A stretch of 63,654 nucleotides of DNA, filler included, from Stramenopiles sp. TOSAG23-2 (lineage: Eukaryota): the NCBI GenBank assembly GCA_900128395.1. It is 22 parts of 22 records of this genome, joined end to end, with 100 filler letters (N's around TTAATTAATTAA, not from the genome) between each part and the next. Parts side by side here need not be neighbours in the genome. Positions count along the whole stretch, not along the records: positions 46,484 to 49,269 come from LT651526.1; positions 49,370 to 52,152 come from LT651527.1; positions 52,253 to 55,029 come from LT651528.1; positions 55,130 to 57,905 come from LT651529.1; positions 58,006 to 60,780 come from LT651530.1; 17 more parts are not named here. The stretch is one strand, 5' to 3'. Each line of letters starts with the position of its first letter. Position 1 is the stretch's first letter. Of the stretch, positions 47,559 to 58,686 are shown one piece after another. Below the pieces are notes generated by a model. The model saw only the letters and a program-made list of their open reading frames with translations, made no database searches and was not told the DNA's origin. Position numbers and translations under genes: made by a program.

Positions 47559-49264
47559 GTTTTTTTATATATGTATTTTCTGTCTTATTATATGCTGTTA
47601 TAAGTAATTGAATCTGTGGATACAATTTATCTATATCTGTATATATATATATTGTTCCTTCTACTATTTATCCACTTATCTAAATCTATATCTAAATATA
47701 TATATTTGTGCTGTTAGACTTATAAAATCGCAATCTAAATCCAGGCAATAATTTAAATTTCTCAAAAACCTCTCCCCTTGATAGCGGTAAATATATATTT
47801 ATAGTAGTGTAATATTCTTTAACTATAAAATATTGATGTAATTTTTTATTTCTTTCTTTATTATTTCTTCATTTTTAAAAATGAAGAAATAATAAAGAAA
47901 GAAATAAAAAATTACATCAATATTTTATAGTTAAAGAATATTACACTACTATAAATATATATTTACCGCTATCAAGGGGAGAGGTTTTTGAGAAATTTAA
48001 ATTATTGCCTGGATTTAGATTGCGATTTTATAAGTCTAACAGCACAAATATATATATTTAGATATAGATTTAGATAAGTGGATAAATAGTAGAAGGAACA
48101 ATATATATATATACAGATATAGATAAATTGTATCCACAGATTCAATTACTTATAACAGCATATAATAAGACAGAAAATACATATATAAAAAAACATGGCA
48201 TCATTAGTAACTGATATGCAAGAATTGGATGTTGAACATATTAATAATAAATATAATCAAAATCAAAAGGTAGTGGCTTCTGTAGATAATAATACTAAAA
48301 TTGAAAACGTAGTAGTAATGAAAACAAATAATAACAACAATAATAATACAATTCAAAACGTAGTAATTATGAAAGAAAATAATAATAATTCAAACAATAA
48401 TATCAAAAACATATCTTTGTCCAATAATTTAAATGATCATAAATTGACTATAGCATCGGATTGGAAAAAAATTATAAGTAATACATATATGGAAATAAAA
48501 ATTGTTAAGTTTCATCCATCTCCAACTGATGAATTTCAACTACATTTGAAACTGTTGCCACATTTTATTGTAAATGAAATAAATAAATTTTTAACTGGTA
48601 CTGGTGGTTTTCGTAAATGTCATCTTGATTTTCAAATGAGCGAAGATGTAAGTGGTAGAACCAATTTAGGCCCATCTTATTTAAAATCCGTCAAAGTGAA
48701 AAATTATTTACACATGGTTGGTGATGCATATTATAATGAAAATAATAAATTTAATAAATATGCATTATGGTATCATCATTCCGAAATGGGAATGTCTATT
48801 ATGACATTAGATGCCGCTGCATATATATTAGAACGTTTTTGCAATTTTTTAGAAACAATTAATAAATTAGATTTAAAATGGAAACATATTAATGATTCTA
48901 TGACCGTCGCAATGTCCAATGCTTTGCGTATAAATGTTTCATTAATAAGTTTAGATTTCAGTCGAAATGAAATACGTCAACGTGGTGCAATTGCATTAGC
49001 AGATGCATTAAAAGAAAATCGAAGTTTGCAAATATTGAAATTAAATGATAATTCAATAAATGATATTGCATGTAATGCATTTAGTGAAATGTTATTAGTA
49101 AATTCCACGTTGTTGGAGTTGGATTTAGGCGGTAATAGAATTAGTGATCATGGTATAAATGTTTTATTAAATTCCATGTATATTAATGATACATTAAGTA
49201 TTTTAAATGTAGCATCAAATAAAGGAATTACAGAAGAATGGAAATTAAATTTTTTAAAGGAAGA
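46489..49264. repeat. Spacer-less palindrome with 1388-bp arms, centred at 47876/47877
   Basis: Position p pairs with 95753-p. Identical ORFs start at 47558 (-) and 48195 (+). Only the last 5 nt at each contig end differ. Confidence 0.97.
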
Positions 49265-49268
49265 CTGA
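48195..49268 (+). CDS. RI-type LRR protein (identical right arm copy)
   Basis: Mirror copy of 46484-47558. Confidence 0.6.
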   Translation: MASLVTDMQELDVEHINNKYNQNQKVVASVDNNTKIENVVVMKTNNNNNNNTIQNVVIMKENNNNSNNNIKNISLSNNLNDHKLTIASDWKKIISNTYMEIKIVKFHPSPTDEFQLHLKLLPHFIVNEINKFLTGTGGFRKCHLDFQMSEDVSGRTNLGPSYLKSVKVKNYLHMVGDAYYNENNKFNKYALWYHHSEMGMSIMTLDAAAYILERFCNFLETINKLDLKWKHINDSMTVAMSNALRINVSLISLDFSRNEIRQRGAIALADALKENRSLQILKLNDNSINDIACNAFSEMLLVNSTLLELDLGGNRISDHGINVLLNSMYINDTLSILNVASNKGITEEWKLNFLKED

Positions 49269-49369
49269 TNNNNNNNNNNNNNNNNNNNNNNNNNNNNNNN
49301 NNNNNNNNNNNNNTTAATTAATTAANNNNNNNNNNNNNNNNNNNNNNNNNNNNNNNNNNNNNNNNNNNN

Positions 49370-49690
49370 TTTCCTCTTTAGGTTCCTCTTTAGGTTCCTC
49401 TTTAGGTTCCTCTTTAGGTTTTTCCTCTTTAGGTTTTTCCTCTTTAGGTTTTTCCTCTTTAGGTTTTTCCTCTTTAGGTTTTTCCTCTTTAGGTTTTTCC
49501 TCTTTAGGTTTTTCCTCTTTAGGTTTTTCCTCTTTAGGTTTTTCCTCTTTAGGTTTTTCCTCTTTAGGTTTTTCCTCTTTAGGTTTTTCCTCTTTAGGTT
49601 CCTCTTTAGGTTTTTCCTCTTTAGGTTTTTCCTCTTTAGGTTTTTCCTCTTTAGGTTTTTCCTCTTTAGGTTTTTCCTCTTTTGGTTCCT
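49370..49690 (-). repeat. Coding 15/12-bp tandem repeat (KPKEE / PKEE)
   Basis: (TTTAGGTTTTTCCTC)n and (TTTAGGTTCCTC)n, with a second array at about 50380-50490. Confidence 0.95.
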
Positions 49691-52152
49691 CTATTGTCTT
49701 TGGCTCATCTGGGTTGCACATTTTACCTTTGTAATTTTTGCTTAAGCATACTGTTGCACTTGTTAACTGTTCAGATTTACACTTGTTTAATTTTTCTAAC
49801 CATGCATCAATCACTTTCATCTCTGGTGCACTTTCACTTAATCCAATCATTGGAAGCATACTACGTAAACTACCACCTTTCTTTACCATTGGGAAATATC
49901 CTTGTAATGATGATGGTACTCATTACATATTCAGAGTCGCATTTATTCAATTTTTCTAACCATGCATCAATTACTTTTAATTCTGGCGCACCTTCACTTA
50001 ATCCAATCATTGGAAGCATACTACGCATACTACCACCTTTCTTTACCATTGGGAAATATCCTTGTAATGATGATGGTACACATTTTGATTTAAGTGCTTT
50101 ACAACTAGATTCACATTGCTTCATTGGTTGACATTTATCATCACATCGTGGTAATAATTGTCTCACAATATCAGCTTTGTAATCTGCGGCACAACTAGTT
50201 ATTTGTGCACCAACCTCTGCACCTAAAAATGAACCAGTCATACCAAGTAAGCTAATTAATTTATCTGCACCAGCAACAACTTGTTCACTTGTAAATCCAG
50301 GTGCAATAGTACCGACGTATTTTCGTTTATTAACTCCTCTAATTGTTATGCATTTCTTACTTGGTATGATTTTTTGTATTTCCTCTTTTGGTTCCTCTTT
50401 TGGTTCCTCTTTAGGTTCCTCTTTAGGTTCCTCTTTAGGTTCCTCTTTAGGTTCCTCTTTAGGTTCCTCTTTAGGTTCCTCTTTAGGTTGTTCACTTGTA
50501 AATCCAGATGCAACAGTACCGTAATATGTTTTACCATCAGCACCTTCAATCTTTTCACATTTGCTATCTTCTTCTTTTTTAGATTCCTCGTCTTTTTGAG
50601 GTTCCTCTTTAGGCTTCTCTTCCTGTGTCGTATCCTCTTCATTTGAATCGTCGTCTTTTGAATCGTCATCTTTTGAATCGTCGTCGTCCGATTCGTTGTC
50701 TTTAGATTCATCTACTTTAGGTTCGTCCACTTTTGATTCGTCGTTTTTGGATTCGTCTTCTTCTTTAGTTTCCTCAAGATCTTCCTTTTTTTGTTCTGGT
50801 TCTGTGTGGGTTTCGCCCAAAATACATTTTTCGGTAAAGGTCTCAGAAACACATTCAGAAGTGGAGGATGAAATTAAGTCTTCGGATTTGCCAAGTACCA
50901 TATCTGTCCATTTATCAATTAATTTAGTTGACAATGGACCCATGTGACTCGCAGCAATGTCTCTAAATTGACCGCCAGGGACAATCCATTTTATGTAATC
51001 AATCAATTCCATGCAATCATTGTTTAACTTCTTTGTTTCAGATTCACAAATTTGTAAAGGTTGGCATTTCGAACTACATCTAGGGACAAGACTTTCACAA
51101 ATTGAAGATTTAAATTTTGGCAAACACCGGTTGTAAGCTTCTTTGACTTCCTCTGGTATTAACGCACTTACTGTATTCAAAAGAGAAACAATCTTAGTAG
51201 CACCTGTTTTAAATTCTTGTACAGAGAAATCACCAGACAAGCTACCTACAAAATTATCACTGTGACAACCGAAATGTTTCATATTTTTAAATGGAATACA
51301 TTTTTCGCTTGGATTTTCCACTGCAACACTAGGTGTTGGTTCCGGTGTCGGTGTTGGTTCCGGTGTTGGTTCCGGTGTTGGTTCCGGTGTTGGTTCCGGT
51401 ACAGGTGTTGGTGCTGGTTCCGGTACAGGTGTTGGTTCTGGTTTCTCAACGACTGGGACTTTTACCGCCTCTTGTGTTGGGAGACTGTTTAAATTTCTAT
51501 GATTTTTTATTTCATCTTTCATTTTATTTGCCAAACTGTCTAATTTGCTAATGATATCGTGTGTATCAGAACTTCCGTCATGTGGGTGTATCATCTCATC
51601 GCCGATTTCACTTCCATGTGGACTCATGCCGACGCCACTTTCATCATCGATCACAGTACCAACAGGTGAATTACTAGCGTGCTTATGCATGATCGTTTTG
51701 ATATTTGTATTTAAACTACCAACTTGAGATTCCATACCTTTCACTTGATCAATTAAATTATTGACTACAGATTTACAATTTTCACAATTATGATAATGCA
51801 AATGTGTTTCATTATGATAATGTGTGTGCGTGTCTGTATGTGTATGGGTGTGCGTATGCGTATGCGTATGTGTATGGTAGTGCGTTCCTGGGCCTTCGAT
51901 GCCTGATGCACCAGGTGGTTCTGGCGTTGGCGTAACATGCATGCCTGATGCACCAGGTGGTTCTGGCGTTGGCGTAACAGGTGTTGGCGTTGGCGTAATT
52001 GGTGTTGGTGTTATTGGCGTTGGTGTAATTGGTGTTGGCGTTGGCGTAATTGGTGTTGGTGTTGGTGTAATTGGTGTTGGCGTTGGTGTTGGTGTAATTG
52101 GTGTTGGTGTAACGGATGGATTACATGCTGCACCTGCGTAATCTGCACTTAA
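49370..52152 (-). CDS. Mucin-like repeat protein with Frizzled-CRD-like Cys domains, partial at both ends
   Basis: The frame is open from 52152 through PT repeats, an HT repeat, Cys modules (C..K..IC..LVPRC..KCQP..CES..K..C) and KEEP repeats. A frameshift near 49920 lies at a 160-bp diverged duplication. Confidence 0.78.
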
Positions 52153-52252
52153 NNNNNNNNNNNNNNNNNNNNNNNNNNNNNNNNNNNNNNNNNNNNTTAA
52201 TTAATTAANNNNNNNNNNNNNNNNNNNNNNNNNNNNNNNNNNNNNNNNNNNN

Positions 52253-53742
52253 TTTATAAGGATATGAAAAAGAAATTACAACGGCCTATAGATGTATTTA
52301 AACGAATTGATACGGACGAAAATGGCACCATAAGCCCAAAGGAATTACGAGTTGGTCTGTTAAAAGATTTAGGATTTGTATTCACCGACGAAGAATTTAA
52401 AACTGTAATAGAAATTATTGATGCTGATGGTAGTGGGGAAATTGAATATGGCGAATTAACACAAAGAATAAAAAATAGTGACCCGGAAAGACGGGAAAGA
52501 CTTAAAAAGCAAGCGTTAAGACGAGAAAAACTAGACAATCAACGCTTGAAAATCAAAGCTGCTAACCAAAAAAACCGATCTAAAGGACGAAAAACAATTA
52601 AATTTAGCAAGATGGTCAACGAACAAAATAAAACACAGACCATGTCTGAGATAAGGGCACAAAGAGCAGCTGCTGCAGCAGGCAATGCCAACGGCGCATC
52701 CTCATCTAATAATAGTAATAATAATAATAATAATGATCTACCAACATCATTCGTCCCACCAATTGCAGCAAACGAGGAAAAAGGAAAGAGAGAGATAAAT
52801 AATAGCAACAAGTCTAACGATATAAAAAGAGAGCTAAACGAAAAAACAGCTTTATTGCAAGCTGCACAAAAATTAGTAAAAGATTTACAAGATGCACTTG
52901 GACAATCGTTGAAACATGTCCCTAAACCTCCGAAGTATCAACAGCAAAGCAGTAATAGCGATAGCACCCCTTTATCATCAAGAGTGGTCTCCGATACCAA
53001 TACCAACAGCAGAGAGAATACGAAATTGATAGCAGAGATCTCAAAGTTAAAATTTGAAATTAAAAGCTTAAGCTCAAAGTTAAGTGATGAGCGAGAGGCT
53101 AATTTAATATCTATGAGACGACATGAGCAAGATAAAATTGATAATGTGCAAAAAATGAAAACTTTAGAAGATGAATTAGAAGCTGAAAAACAAAAAAGAC
53201 GAAAATTAGAAAATATGCAAGAGAAAATGAAATCAAGAATGGAAGAAAATAACAAAAGAATGGCAAAGTTGAACGATATAATGCAAGGTCGAACAAACAA
53301 TGCACTTAAAAAGCCGGTTGCAAATGCAATGCAAGATCCTGAAGAAGAGGAAGATGAAGAAGATCGATTTGATAGGCATGTTTTGCAATATGTAGCAAGT
53401 CAAAACGAACCAATGTTTAGATGGGTATTTTTAACATATGCTGAAAAAGACGAAGGTGGTATGGATCATGTAATACAATTAGAAGATGTCAAACGTTTTG
53501 TATTTGATGCTCAAATTCTTAAATTGGATGCTAATAAATTGGCATCTCTGTATCTACGTTCCAATGGAAACGTGGAATATAATATGGACTTTTCACATTT
53601 TGTTGAATTAATGGTAAGAATGGCAGATGATTTATATCATCGTAAGGAGAAAGTGTTTTCTGATCGATTTACAAAATTTATCGCTGAACATATTGTTCCA
53701 TTGGCCAACATGATTATAGGAGATGCAGCGGATGATGTGTAA
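52253..53742 (+). CDS. EF-hand and coiled-coil protein, probably 5'-partial
   Basis: Canonical EF loops DTDENGTISPKE and DADGSGEIEYGE, a coiled coil, and a C-terminal degenerate EF/p25-like domain (MDFSHFVELM). Confidence 0.85.
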
Positions 53743-53819
53743 AAATACGTGTATATCATAATATATTTTTTAGAAAAAAAATATATATAAAAAGCTTTTT
53801 TTATATTTTTTAAAATATT

Positions 53820-54653
53820 TTATAACTCTTTTTTCTCATTTTTTTCTGCATCATCATCACTATCAACAGGATTCTTCGGATTATCCAAAAATGCACTATT
53901 ACCATTGGAATGTTTTGGTCTTCTTTCTGATGTTATATAATCAGCTATGCTTGGTATAGCTTCAACAACTTCTTTGAAAAGTTTCAATCTTGGATAATCA
54001 TCCAAACAAGCAGCAGATAAACGTACATTAATGTCTAAAACATTGTAAAGAAATAAATCAGCATGGGTAGGGTCATTACTAGAGAAAAAAACTTCATCTT
54101 TGGCATGCAGCTCTTTCAATCTTTCAAAATGTTCCAACCATGTAGGCAACGTATTCTCTAAATAATCGTCAAGCAACTCCTTTGCGTTTTCATTATATAC
54201 TAATTTAGTATACTTCGATCTCATATCCTCAGCACCATCTGCTACCATGTCAACTATCCATTTTTTTTCATCAGGACCATATGTACCGTAGTACCGGTCC
54301 AAGAATCTTAGAATTGTATGCGATTGAACCATATCCAAGCAATGTGGTGATTTATGATTACCATCTGGACAAAAAGTTAAAGATGGTAATTGTCCAAAAG
54401 CAAATTTACCACTTTCAATACCACCTTTTTTAAACGTAGGCCACTGTTCTTTGGTGTATCTTACATCTTCATATGGCAATTGCAAATATTCCAATAATAA
54501 GCGAATAGATTCAGCCCTACCTCTTGATTCAAAATATCTTAATACTATGTATGGATTTTCCTCTGATACTTCAGCATCTGTGGCTGCGTGAACTATTACA
54601 ATGTTTGTAATTAATAAATAGATAATACTTAAAATGATACGACAATACTTCAT
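53820..54653 (-). CDS. Glutathione S-transferase (Pi/Mu/Sigma-like) with signal peptide and KKEL tail
   Basis: YFESRGRAESIRLLL, FGQLPSL and MVQSHTILRFL. Hydrophobic N-terminus ending VHA-A and C-terminal KKEL. Confidence 0.92.
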   Translation of the reverse strand: MKYCRIILSIIYLLITNIVIVHAATDAEVSEENPYIVLRYFESRGRAESIRLLLEYLQLPYEDVRYTKEQWPTFKKGGIESGKFAFGQLPSLTFCPDGNHKSPHCLDMVQSHTILRFLDRYYGTYGPDEKKWIVDMVADGAEDMRSKYTKLVYNENAKELLDDYLENTLPTWLEHFERLKELHAKDEVFFSSNDPTHADLFLYNVLDINVRLSAACLDDYPRLKLFKEVVEAIPSIADYITSERRPKHSNGNSAFLDNPKNPVDSDDDAEKNEKKEL

Positions 54654-55154
54654 CTTGTTATACTATATTATTGTATATATGTATATGAAACTGAGAACAA
54701 TATATATCCTACGACGTAATTGTTGTTATGATTCTTCTGTTTCGAATGTATTTATACATACATATGTATATATAATATATATATCTACCAAAACACAAGG
54801 TATTAGTGAATGATAAACATTGATTTTTTTAATACATTTTTTGTATTTTTTAGAAGGTAATAATAAAAAAAGAAAAGTGGCAAAAAAAAAAAAAAAGAAA
54901 AACGAGCCTCGATTCCTGCTAATTAGCCTATCAAAAAATGGTCAATAATTTATACTTGAATAGGAGTATTAGAATAGTTTCTTAGAATTATAGATCGTAA
55001 AACTAATGTAATACGACACTAATATAGTANNNNNNNNNNNNNNNNNNNNNNNNNNNNNNNNNNNNNNNNNNNNTTAATTAATTAANNNNNNNNNNNNNNN
55101 NNNNNNNNNNNNNNNNNNNNNNNNNNNNNAGTGTGGTTCACTCGTTCACTGGTT

Positions 55155-57905
55155 TCACGCATTATGAAATTTACATCGGACATCTATATATGCAGGCCAT
55201 AATCCTAATATTTGTTTATCGTCAATCAAATTATTGCATAATGGTCCATTGTATTTTTCATAGTTCACATTAATAAATTCATTAATAATTCCATCATCAT
55301 TAATATCCGTCCAAATACTTCGAGTTTTTTCATACACATGGTTTTCCACACGTTCTTTTTCATTATTAAATAGAAATGTTCCATATTTACAACTATATAC
55401 ATGGAAAAACAATATTTCTAACATTTTTGGTGTAAATTCATATGCATTTGGCATTTGTTGAACACATTGCCATACTGAATCTAACCATTGCACAAATACG
55501 GGACTTCTATCTTTATCTAAATAATTTTCAGTCGTCTTTGCACTTGCATGGACTTGTCCCGTACGTAATCCAAATTGATGACCAAATGAACACCATTCTT
55601 TTTCTATTAATATTTGAAAACCTTTTATTGTACGAAAATATGGATCTAATAAAAGTTGCGATAATGCACTTAATTGTGCCGTTCGATCCCATCCATCACT
55701 ACAATGTATCAATACACTGCAACCATTTAATACGGTATTTGCGATTGTTTTTGCACCACATAATATTTGAGAAACATGTGCTAACCATGATGTTGCTTGT
55801 TTATCATTTCTAATTTGACTTTCTACACGTGATTGTGTTAGATCAAATTCCATATTTTTCGATTGGCAAATGGAAAAAAGACCATTTAATTGAACCCATG
55901 CTTCTCGCACACTATGTATATTTTGTATATCTAAATTAATCAATCTCATATCTCGATATAAAAGTGAATTTTCAAATCCACCACCACGAGCAAAATTGCC
56001 AACTGCTGAGTAAAATGGCCGTGCATCGAATATAATACATATTCTATTACCATCATCATCTTTTTCCAATGATGTTTCTGCAAGCATGGAAATTAATTTT
56101 ACATCCATATTGGTTTGATGAGAGGATATACGTGGTTGTGCACTACGCATGATTGAAACTTCATCTATATTTTCATTATTAAAATAAATTGGATCGTCAT
56201 AAATATTTTTGATGCAACCAACTCGCCATACACAAACAGGTATACGACCACGTTTCCGTAAACTTTTTACAGCCATTAATTGACCATCGGAAATAGATTT
56301 AGGCACTACAAGAATACGTGGATACGATGAACATAATTCATAATCATTGTTTACAGTACTAATTCTCCAAGTATTACTACGACTAATTCCAATTCGTTGA
56401 TATTCATCAAATGGATTGTAAATTTTCCATCCATTATTCTTATTATTTGCACGTGTTTTAGTGTTGTTGTTCTTGATCTTCTTATTATTATCTTTCATAT
56501 AATAATATGCAAAATGCGTATGCTTATCACCAAATGCAAATGGTCTTATCTGTTTAACAACATTTGTAACTTTTATACCCGTATTATTATATTTTAAGCA
56601 TACAATAAATGCTTCCAACCGTTCCGTCCACATACCAAATTGTTGTTCTTCCTCATCAATGACTTCTACACGTGATATTGCACATGTTGGAATTGTAAAT
56701 ATAAAATTTTCATCCCATATATCTGATAATATCGATAAATCTTCGACTGTATTGTTGTTATTATTTTCAGATGCATCATTATCTGTCGTTATATTTTCAA
56801 TAGTATTCAACTTATCATCTTTTAAATCAATTAATGTGGAATATTTATTTATACCAATATTACTACCACTACTACCACGTTTTCTTGTTATTTTGTTTCT
56901 CGTCCCAGAAGTGTTATTATTATTACCATTACCATCACTATCATCATCATCCTCATCTACTAATGATAAATATGGCATAAATAACAATCGATATGTTGTT
57001 AATATAAATGCACCTGGTATATGTTGTTCCTCAAGTGATTTTCCATTTAATGATATATATATTGCATTATCAACTCGCATGATTAAACCTTCTCCTTGAA
57101 ACAGCATTGGATCGCCTGGAGGCATTTTATTTTCACATAAATGTTGAAAGAATTTTTTATTATTATTATTATTATTATCACCAGTAGTAGTATTATTACT
57201 ATTATCATTATTTAATGAATGTAATTTTCTAATACTTGATTCTTGATTTTCAATTTGAGCTTGTAGTTCATCCAATCTACTTTCATTCATTTTTATACAA
57301 TCCATCGCTGTATTAGCATGATCAATTATATCATTTGTTGCAATTTCATTTTGTATTGTTTCCGTATAAGTACAATAATTTAAAATAGATTTGGAGATAT
57401 TATTGATTAATGTATGACTAACTTGTGAATTTGCTTCATCAACTTTAACTTCTGATTTTAATTGTAAGTGACGTACGTTTCGGTCCATGTCTTGTAAGGA
57501 CATTTGTGCATCTAATAATTTCTTTGTCGCTCGATCTCGATGTTTATTTTGTGCTAAATGTTGTACTTCTTCATCATGTTGTGCTAATTTTGTTTTCCTT
57601 GTTCGTAAATCTCTTAATAATTCTTCACCTTCTTTTAATTGTTTTTTACATTGTAATAATTCATATCTTAATTGAAGATATTGTTTAGAGAAAAATTGTG
57701 AATTATTAATAATATTTCCAAACGTTTCATACATTGTTTCACATTGTTCATTACCTGCTAAATCATTTGCACCGCTACGTCTAGCTATTTGAAATGTTAA
57801 ATCTTTTGCTTTGTTTATTGCATCAAAATATGGCCCTGATGTCTTTTCAATTATATCAATTTGTGTAAATAATTCTTCTAAACCATAAATATTATCCTTT
57901 AATTT
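55155..57905 (-). CDS. Active-type myotubularin phosphoinositide phosphatase, 5'-partial
   Basis: HCSDGWDRT catalytic motif, LDPYFRTIKGFQILIEKEWCSFGHQF, and PH-GRAM LTTYRLLF. A long helical N-terminal region is open to the contig edge. Confidence 0.95.
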   Translation of the reverse strand, partial: KLKDNIYGLEELFTQIDIIEKTSGPYFDAINKAKDLTFQIARRSGANDLAGNEQCETMYETFGNIINNSQFFSKQYLQLRYELLQCKKQLKEGEELLRDLRTRKTKLAQHDEEVQHLAQNKHRDRATKKLLDAQMSLQDMDRNVRHLQLKSEVKVDEANSQVSHTLINNISKSILNYCTYTETIQNEIATNDIIDHANTAMDCIKMNESRLDELQAQIENQESSIRKLHSLNNDNSNNTTTGDNNNNNNKKFFQHLCENKMPPGDPMLFQGEGLIMRVDNAIYISLNGKSLEEQHIPGAFILTTYRLLFMPYLSLVDEDDDDSDGNGNNNNTSGTRNKITRKRGSSGSNIGINKYSTLIDLKDDKLNTIENITTDNDASENNNNNTVEDLSILSDIWDENFIFTIPTCAISRVEVIDEEEQQFGMWTERLEAFIVCLKYNNTGIKVTNVVKQIRPFAFGDKHTHFAYYYMKDNNKKIKNNNTKTRANNKNNGWKIYNPFDEYQRIGISRSNTWRISTVNNDYELCSSYPRILVVPKSISDGQLMAVKSLRKRGRIPVCVWRVGCIKNIYDDPIYFNNENIDEVSIMRSAQPRISSHQTNMDVKLISMLAETSLEKDDDGNRICIIFDARPFYSAVGNFARGGGFENSLLYRDMRLINLDIQNIHSVREAWVQLNGLFSICQSKNMEFDLTQSRVESQIRNDKQATSWLAHVSQILCGAKTIANTVLNGCSVLIHCSDGWDRTAQLSALSQLLLDPYFRTIKGFQILIEKEWCSFGHQFGLRTGQVHASAKTTENYLDKDRSPVFVQWLDSVWQCVQQMPNAYEFTPKMLEILFFHVYSCKYGTFLFNNEKERVENHVYEKTRSIWTDINDDGIINEFINVNYEKYNGPLCNNLIDDKQILGLWPAYIDVRCKFHNA

Positions 57906-58005
57906 NNNNNNNNNNNNNNNNNNNNNNNNNNNNNNNNNNNNNNNNNNNNTTAATTAATTAANNNNNNNNNNNNNNNNNNNNNNNNNNNNNNNNNNNNNNN
58001 NNNNN

Positions 58006-58084
58006 TTTCAGTTTTCGATAAAAACGTAATAATTGTTTCTATCGTATTGATATCGTAATCACCATAGTCTGCTATGGATGCCAT
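58006..58084 (-). CDS. 5' start of an unknown gene divergent from the aminotransferase
   Basis: The ATG at 58084 opens MASIADYGDYDINTIETIITFLSKTE to the contig edge. Confidence 0.5.
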
Positions 58085-58686
58085 CTTCTTTTTAATATTA
58101 ATTATAAGATAATGTTATTGCATTTATCTATGTAATTTTCCAAACAACCTTTGATCATTGTCAATATTGATATATCGATATATATGTACAATTGTCTTGA
58201 TCGTAATATTATTAATTTCATTGATTGATTGATGATTTTGCCATTTTTTTGCCAGAAAAGAGATGATAAAAAATGCCATCCCGCCACGTAACACAGCAGG
58301 CGCACAGCAGGCGGCGAGCTAGCTAGACTACAGTATAGCTCTAGCCAGCTACTGTATACGAGGCGCGTAGCTCTTACTCTGGTCTGTCCATCCATCCAGA
58401 CACCACACACACAAGCAATGGTTTAAAATTTCAGCAGTGATTTCTGTGCTATTTCTATGTTAATGTTTATCACGGACATTAACATCATCAGCTATGCACC
58501 TATTAATATTACCAGGTAATACAGATATGCAGCAGATTATGAATAGATTTTCAATATAGATATTAAATATATATCCTGATATATACTTTTGTGTACACAA
58601 GATATGTACTAAAAGAGAACAATAATACTACAATAAGAACACAAAGAGAAAACAATATATTTATAATAATTACGCTTTTGTAGTAT

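Noticed and set aside
49370..49690. Telomeric TTTAGG-like repeat at a contig end
   Set aside because: The units are 15/12 bp and encode in-frame KPKEE repeats. The same repeat recurs inside the gene.
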